Assembly: GCA_964434265.1 (NCBI GenBank)
Contig: CAYSUK010000006.1
Location: 11,398-75,397 of the forward strand
DNA: 64,000 nt
Reading direction: 5' to 3'
Source: an uncultured Christensenella sp.
Lineage (GTDB): Bacteria; Bacillota; Clostridia; Christensenellales; UBA1242
A program made the position numbers and the translations under genes. The notes beneath the pieces are model-generated. The model did not search any database. It saw nothing but the letters and a program-made list of their open reading frames with translations, and was not told the DNA's origin. Positions 45,301-51,300 of this stretch are shown piece after piece. Position 1 is the first letter of the stretch. Every line of letters begins with the position of its first letter.

Positions 45301-48300
45301 TACTCAAGGATAATAATGGTGGAAATAAATCCATCTTCCTTGGTGGTATTGCGGGTTTTGTAAGTAACACAGCCGTTTCTACTTCAAATGTACTTGGCAA
45401 TATTAATCACACTTTTGATGAAGGTGGAAGGACCGCCGAATATTCAAAAGGTAATACATATGAAGCATATATTGGTGGCGCTATCGGATATACGATGGAT
45501 GGCGGAACTCTCGACCAAGTCAGTGCCGACCAAGTCAGTGCCGATGTCAATATCATTGACAATCGCTTTGAAAAAAATGACGGAACATTTAATTATGGCG
45601 GACTAGTAGGATATGCTGATGCTTACAACATAACAGATAGTTATGCTGTCGGCAAAATCTATTCTGTCCAACATATCAAATATCTAGGATACATTACTTC
45701 TGATGAATCAAACGGCACATATCTAGGCGGACTAGTAGGTAATGGAAATGGTATAACATTTGAAAACTGCTATTCGGCGACACAATTTGTTTTGCCAAAT
45801 AGTGATACAAATGATACACAACAACTTATGAAATATTATAGCCAATCGTTCTGGGAAAACACTAATAAAGGTGGTATCATAGGTCATGCAAGTGGTACAT
45901 GCACAAGTACAAACGTCTACTATGTAAAAGACTTTGTGCCATTCTCAAACGGACTATGCGGCACAGGTGTCAGAGCAGAAGCCTTGAAAAATGAGTTTAA
46001 TGCTGGCTTATCAGACGAGAAGCAAAAATGGAAGGCTAATACTGACAATTTCTACCCACTTCTTAATAGTGCGAGTGGCAAAGTTACAAATACCCAAGGT
46101 AGCGGTCAAAACCCATATATTATGAAGGATGCTGGTGGATATAATTCTTTAAATCATAAAATCACATCTGCTCAAACAGTGTATATAAATTATGGTAATA
46201 ATAAATGGTCAACAGAAAGTATTACTATAGATACTTTTGGTACAATGGTTATCGTAGGTCAAAATAGACTTATCCTAACTGATGATAATATAGTCATCAC
46301 AAATAAAGGCACAATGTTTGGTGGCGAAATCCAAGAAGATACTATCCTAAATAAAGGTAGTATTATAGGAGTTAAATCGGTTGGATGTGCTGCTGTAGAA
46401 CCACAAACAGTGTATTGGGTAAGTAATAAAGGATTCATCTATGCAAGCGGTGTGTTTGAATTAAAAGATGCCAACACAGGTCTTATCGTAAATAGTATAT
46501 ATAAGTATAGTGAAGGACAATATTTTGGAAATAATCTAAACATCTCTGGTACTTACACTTACTATACTGGTTCTACCAAGTCGGCTCAAAAGACAGGTTT
46601 GTCTGCTCAAAATGTCGAGAACTTTGACTTTACAGACACTTCACTCGACCTTGATATTGACAAATATTGGAGCAGGGTGCATGATGTAAATAGAGGTATG
46701 TTTGTTCCTAAGTGGTTGTATAAAAACCGCTATTATGACGATGACTATAGTAGCACATATGGTTGGTACGCAAGTGCAGACTCAAGGGGTGTGGATGAAA
46801 ATGGAACCACATACACTGTATCAAGTGCCGCAGGTCTTGCATATATCGCAAAACTAGTAAATACTAGCGAGTCTACTACAAGTATAAATATCCTACTTAA
46901 TGCGGATATTGACCTTGCTGGAAAGGTATGGACACCTATCGGAACATTAGACCACCCATTTACAGGCACATTTGATGGAAATGGTCACACTATATCAAAT
47001 ATGTTAGTCGTAGGAAATACCTACAATGGTCTATTTGGTGTTGTGAAAAACGCGACAATCAAAAATGTCCTTATAAAGGACGCACAAGTAGCAAGTAGTG
47101 GTAGTAATGACTGTACTGCCATCTTGGTAGGTCAAGCTAAGGGTACAATAAAGAGAGGGCATACGATAAAGATAGAAAAAGGTACTCTAAAGATAGAAAA
47201 AGTGGCTATCGAAGATGCACACATCTGTGCTGGAAACAATAATGTCGCTGGCATAGTCGGATATCTTGATAATAGTACACTTACTGTCGACCATGCTTAC
47301 GTGATTATCGCTGTAAATACTAATAGGTCTGTTTATGACTTTAGCTTTGTTGTAAACAAAAGAGTAAAAAGTGATGACACAATCACAATCAATAATGTCT
47401 ATGGTGCAAATATCGGAGTGGTGACCGCGTCGGATGAAACTAAATCGTATGATATTGTATCTCAAGGTCAAGTGTTGGGTTCACAAACTCAATCTTATGG
47501 TATAAGTAATGTGACATTATCAAATGAAGATGATAGTATTAGTAAAGCATATGTACTTTGTGAACCTGTAAAAAAAGGTGATACAACTTACAATATGTAT
47601 GCATCTCCTATGTTTGGTGTTACCGCATTTAAGACAAAAGATGATTTGCGTACAAAAGTAGATTTATTTGATGAATGGAACACAACATGGACTCGTGAAT
47701 CGACTAAAAACTATAATGGTTTTCCTATACTAAATTTTAGCCAAGAATATTGGATTGACGAAGGTGCAAAATCTACTTCTGCTGTGACAGCAAGTGAAAA
47801 TATATACGAAATCACTTCGGCATCACAACTTGCTTGGGTCGCATATCAAGTAAACACTGGAGCAAATGATTTTAGTGGTAAAACTATACGAGTCACCGAA
47901 AACATCGACCTTGCTGGTAAGATATGGACACCTATCGGTATTACAGGTCATGCATTTAAAGGCTCATTTGTACTCGAGATTGATGAATCTATATCAAATA
48001 TGACATGTTATGGTGCATATTCGATCGAGAATAGTAGTAACACGGCTAGCACAGTTTCGACTGAGACTGAGAGTACATCAAATACCACAACTCTAAATTC
48101 GAGAGCATATGACTTTACATATGGCGGACTATTTGGACTAGTCGAAGACTCTCCAAGTATGGTGATAGATGGTTCTATCAAAAACTTTATTGTAGGCTCA
48201 GTAAAATATGGTGCAACATTTATCGCTGAGTATAAGGGAACGAATTTGACGTCAGCACCTACCATAAAAGTCGCAAGTATCGGTAGTAGTGATGATGGCA

Positions 48301-51300
48301 GTCTAAAAGACACAGTCAGTGCATCAGATTATGCCGGCGGTGTAGTCGGTAAAATCACTGGCACAAGCAGTGCAAAAGTCGATGTAGTGGGAAATGTAGT
48401 AAAAGCAAGTATTTCTTCAAACTATGCAGGTGGAATAGTAGGTTATGCCCAATATGTTACTATCCGCAATAGTAGTGTAAGTGGTGCAAGCATCACTGGT
48501 ACTGAGAATACTGGCGGAATTGCGGGTCAAGCAAGATATTCGACATTGTTTAATTGCAAGGCTGAGAATTTTACCATGACATCGACCAGCACTGATAGTA
48601 GTATTGGTGGAATAGTCGGACGTGCATACGGTTCTAAAATGTCGGCTTTGGCAGTAACAAATATGACAGCTAAAAATATTACGGCTACTAGTTTTGGTGG
48701 TGTAGTCGGAAGCGTTACTAGTTCGACAATACAAAATGTAACTGTAAAAGACAGCAATACTGCTTTATCACATATCTTAGATGTTAAAAATTATGGCGGT
48801 GTAGTCGGAAGTATGTATGTTACACATCTATCCGAAGTAGCAGTAATAGGTAAGGCTGAGATTAAAGATAACCATGTATCCTTTATAAACATTAATACCC
48901 GGTCTACCTATGGATTTGTAGTAGGTTTAGTAAATGATGTCAAAGATTATTATGAATCTGGCACATATATTGTCGACAATATTTATCTAGACATTAGTTA
49001 TAATAGAGATTTTAGTGGACTTTTAACTTATAATTTATATAAGTATTATGTATTCGGATTTGGAGATCAAACACCATCAGTAGATGTGTTCAGTTATACT
49101 ATGTTTAGTATGAAAAACGAATATTATGAGAATGGTTCAAAAAAGATTAACTATCTCACCTATGGTGATTGTGCTTCTTCGTCAGCATGGACATATGATG
49201 AAAATCATTATGTACTAAAAGCAAATGGTAAAACATTATGCAGTAATTATCGTATGGCAAATGCCGACAATCTAACTGCAATATCAGATAATGTCGAGAC
49301 TGTAGACGGGCATGTCGTAATTACTCCATACAAATTGGAGTCGGTCAATGTCAGCACAAGCGGTGGCATGCAATATCTTGCCGAATGGTGGATATATCGA
49401 CACAAAAAAAGCGATAATGACACTATTAATGACACAACAATCAATATCTCTGCCAATATCGAAGACTATTCTGCAGGTTCTATCGGAAATAAGCAATTCC
49501 CATTTGTGGGCACATTGAATGGTAATAGTAAAACAATTACATTTAGTAGTAATATCACTTCTCAAGGCATAATTGGTTATGCGACAAAGATAAATGCAAA
49601 AAATATTACACTTGCACAAAGTGATGAAAAATCACAAGGTTATGGTATATCTGGAAGTGACAACTATGTCGGCGGACTTGTTGGACATATTGTCGGAAAT
49701 GGAGATAGTATGACCATTGAAAATATAATTTCATATATTAAAGTAAGTGGTAAAGATTATGTCGGTGGTATTATTGGTGCTGTCGAATTGACTAATGGTA
49801 GCACACTTAGTATGATAAAGTGTAGGTCACTTGAATATGTAGACACCGATGGTTATATTCTAAATGGCGATAGTTCTCCGGTAAGCGGCGCGAACTACGT
49901 CGGTGGTATTATTGGTTCTGTAAATATGAGTACAACAGCTACAGGAAAAGTAACTATCGATGGCAAAACCAAAAGAATAAATATAAGGCCTGTCGTATAT
50001 GCAAAATCAGTTCTTCAAAAGGATATTGAAGCGACTGGTGATTATGTCGGATCGATCGTAGGTTATGGAAAGAATGTAACTATCCAATATTATATCATTA
50101 GACCACTCAAGGACAATAATAACTGGCTCACAATGGTCAAAGGACCGAGTACAGAACAAAAATACTATGGTGGTGTCGCTGGATACATTACTGATTCAAA
50201 AATTTCTAATACAGGTCTTGACAGTATTAGTGTTGTAGCAGTTAAATCAAACTACGTCGGTGGTGTGGCAGGATATGCGACATCTTCGACAATCTCAAGT
50301 GTGACTGTAAAAGCAGAGCAAGACAAAAGCGCAAGTATAACAGGTAATCTCAATGTCGGCGGTCTTGTAGGTGGTGGCGAATATAAATATGATACTAGCG
50401 GAAATCCAACAACGACTTGTTTGGAATTGTCTTCAAATACTATTGAAAGCGTCAATGTCGGTGGCTATGGTAGCGTCGGTGGATTGATAGGTTATTTGAC
50501 TGCTACTCATGATTTTGATTCTTGTGCAAATACTATAACAATAGATATTAAAAACATCAGCGGTAATACTGTTGAAAACTCAATAGTAAAATTGTTGGAA
50601 AAAAGCAAAGAAGACTCAGATCACGATTATGTTGGCGGACTTATCGGTAAGCTTTATGCTGCTAACTATTATGCTGGATATTATGCATGTTTTAATTGTG
50701 GTGCTCTTTATAACGAATCTTTGAATACTTTTGCAAATCTTTATGGTAATACATGTGTGTTGCACATAGCTAAACCAAAGACATTAACTCCTACCTTTAC
50801 AACTACAACGACTGCAAAAAATACTATAAAAGATACGACTATCATTTATACGGCAAATGTCGACAATAATGAAGGCTGGTTTGGTGAGTATGATTCATCA
50901 AACAGCGGTGTGAACGGTAGTACTACAGCAGTCAAAACACGCGTATTAGCTGATAATAATCGTTGGGCAAATACAAGTTATGCAAAGTCATTAAGATTTA
51001 GTGAAGTCAGATATATGGCTATGGGTAATAGCGCCAAAAACCTTGCTAAGTCAGGTGATTCTTGGTATCTTAGCACTTGGTTCTCTCACACATCTTACTC
51101 AGGTTATGGTATAAGTTTTAACTATAAAGACGTATCTGGAAAGAATACATGGTTTGGACCTACTGCAGGAGACAATAATAGTCAAAACATAAAGGACATT
51201 ACCCTTAGTAGTACAAGTTGTATATATCTCAGCACTTTCGGTAATTCAAGTAGTATCACAACATATGGCGGCTCTATTTCCGTTCCAGATTTGACTAATA

